DNA of 64,000 nucleotides from Saccostrea echinata (lineage: Eukaryota). Positions 62,560 through 64,000 of this stretch are shown here, in pieces; position 1 is the first letter of the stretch; each line of letters begins with the position of its first letter. The translations under genes and the position numbers were made by a program. The DNA lies in NCBI RefSeq assembly GCF_033153115.1, contig NW_026889803.1, forward strand, positions 15,314,001 through 15,378,000. Reading direction: 5' to 3'. A model generated the notes under the pieces. That model worked only from the letters and a program-made list of their open reading frames with translations. It made no database searches and was not told the origin of the DNA.

Positions 62560-63000
62560 GTATATCAGCAGAGGAACTAAGTGCAAAGAAATGATAAACA
62601 AGGGTGCTTCTTCCAAAATTGTTTGTTTGTGGCTCCTGATTCAGGGTTTCTTGTGTTTGGATGGGACTCTATTGATCATATATAATAGTGAAACTGCATT
62701 ACTAGTAAATCTTTGAAAATTTCTCTGCTCCTGAGTCTTTAGCAGACTAACTTAGTGCAAGGTTATGATGAACAAGTGTTTCTTAGAAAATTGTGAAATT
62801 TATGCCCCCCCCCCCCCGGGTCAGAGATTCTGGTGTGACGACGGGGTCTGTTGATCATGAAGTGAAGTGCAAATGATGAGTGAGAGTGCCTCTTCCAAAA
62901 TTTAGAAATTTGGCTGCTGAGTCAGGGATTCTGGTGTTAGGGCAGGGCTCTGTTGATCATTTAGAGAAAATGTTTTCAAAATTTCTTTGAAAATCTTATC
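62560..63000 (+). repeat. Degenerate satellite-like HINE internal repeats
   Basis: Recurring TTCCAAAATT...GTCAGGGATTCTGGTGT...TGTTGATCAT motif at about 62610, 62790 and 62895. Confidence 0.5.
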
Positions 63001-64000
63001 TGATCCAGCAGGCATGTTCACAAAGCAATCTTAGGACTACGATGTGTCCCTCTTAGGACTACGATGTGTCCCTAAGAACGTCTTAGGAAATATCTTAGTC
63101 TTAAGTCAGTTTCTCGAAGCTTTCCTAAATCTAGGACCTCATCATAAGTTTGTCCTAACTTTAGGATAACATAAATCATATCCTAAGATCATCCTAAGTT
63201 TGTGGTGATGGTTATTTTTCTGAGTATCGCAAGTATAAACGACAATTTCGCATTCCTCAACAGTCTGCGTATTAGCTGACATGGCCGTAGGAACCCGGGG
63301 GGGGGGGGGGGTCACGGGGGCTGAAAAGAAACTGTTCGCACTCAAAAACCTTCTTACATGTAATGGGGGGGGGGAGGGGGGGGGCTCGTCCATACTGCAA
63401 AAGAAAGTGGGGGAACAGCCTTTTAAAAACAATCCATATTAAATTAACAGTAAGAGACTATTTTCGGAAAAATAATGTGGGGTCAGTCCCATCCCCTCTC
63501 CCGATAAAAAAAAATCATACAAGTTTTATGTTTAAGGGACCAAAAGTGAAAATTCTATTATTTTTATCTATCGCCTTGATATAAGTAAATCGGGGTATAT
63601 TGTTTTGATTTACATATTTTAAAACTGTTGAGAGTTCCAAGACTCGGGGATTAAGCATTAAGCATTGCCTTTAAAATTAAGAAACATTTCCCTGGTTGAA
63701 TACTATAGTACATGTTTTCGAACCCTGCATTTCATTTTTTTTATCCGTTTATTCTTCAAAAAATAATTCAGACTTTTATAATACTGTACGTCATATCATA
63801 AGCTTCATTGTGGTAAATTACTGAATTCAAGATTATTTTTTATCTTTTGAGTTATCCAACATATTGTAGATTATTGCTGAAACACCGTTTTTAAAATAAA
63901 AATCTTTCACTTTGATAGAAAAAAAAAATCGCTGTTTCGTTGCGACTTACATGGGGTATGAAATATTTCATTTATAATTCTAATTAAAGATGTAAACATT

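Overview
AT-rich eukaryotic (animal) genomic DNA with GT-AG introns; the repeat content (Helentron/HINE-type elements carrying a ~166-bp satellite) points to a bivalve, probably an oyster (inference). I could reconstruct seven spliced protein-coding genes with phase-consistent exons: NLE1 (5' part, minus), MRPL18 (plus, one exon start hidden in an N gap), an alpha-carbonic anhydrase with a ~590-aa low-complexity C-terminal tail (minus), a 102-aa four-exon single-TM protein missed by the ORF track (minus), PXMP2 (minus), a DGCR2/IDD-like VWC-TM-PPxY protein (plus) and a PRR14/Tantalus-like AT-hook protein (plus). NLE1/MRPL18 and PXMP2/DGCR2-like are head-to-head pairs. Introns and intergenic DNA hold many non-autonomous mobile elements. 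The most striking object is in MRPL18 intron 1 (8476-9047): a tandem LTR-I-LTR-I-LTR miniature retrotransposon (TRIM) whose LTRs each contain a tRNA-like cloverleaf, with a tRNA-His-type PBS and a PPT in each internal part. Also notable are a perfect 171-bp palindrome, a template-switch-like inverted and tandem duplication, and a TATA-driven alternative first exon that would remove the DGCR2-like signal peptide. Assembly gaps lie at 10329-10489 and 22891-23030. All family assignments come from recalled motifs; no searches were run.
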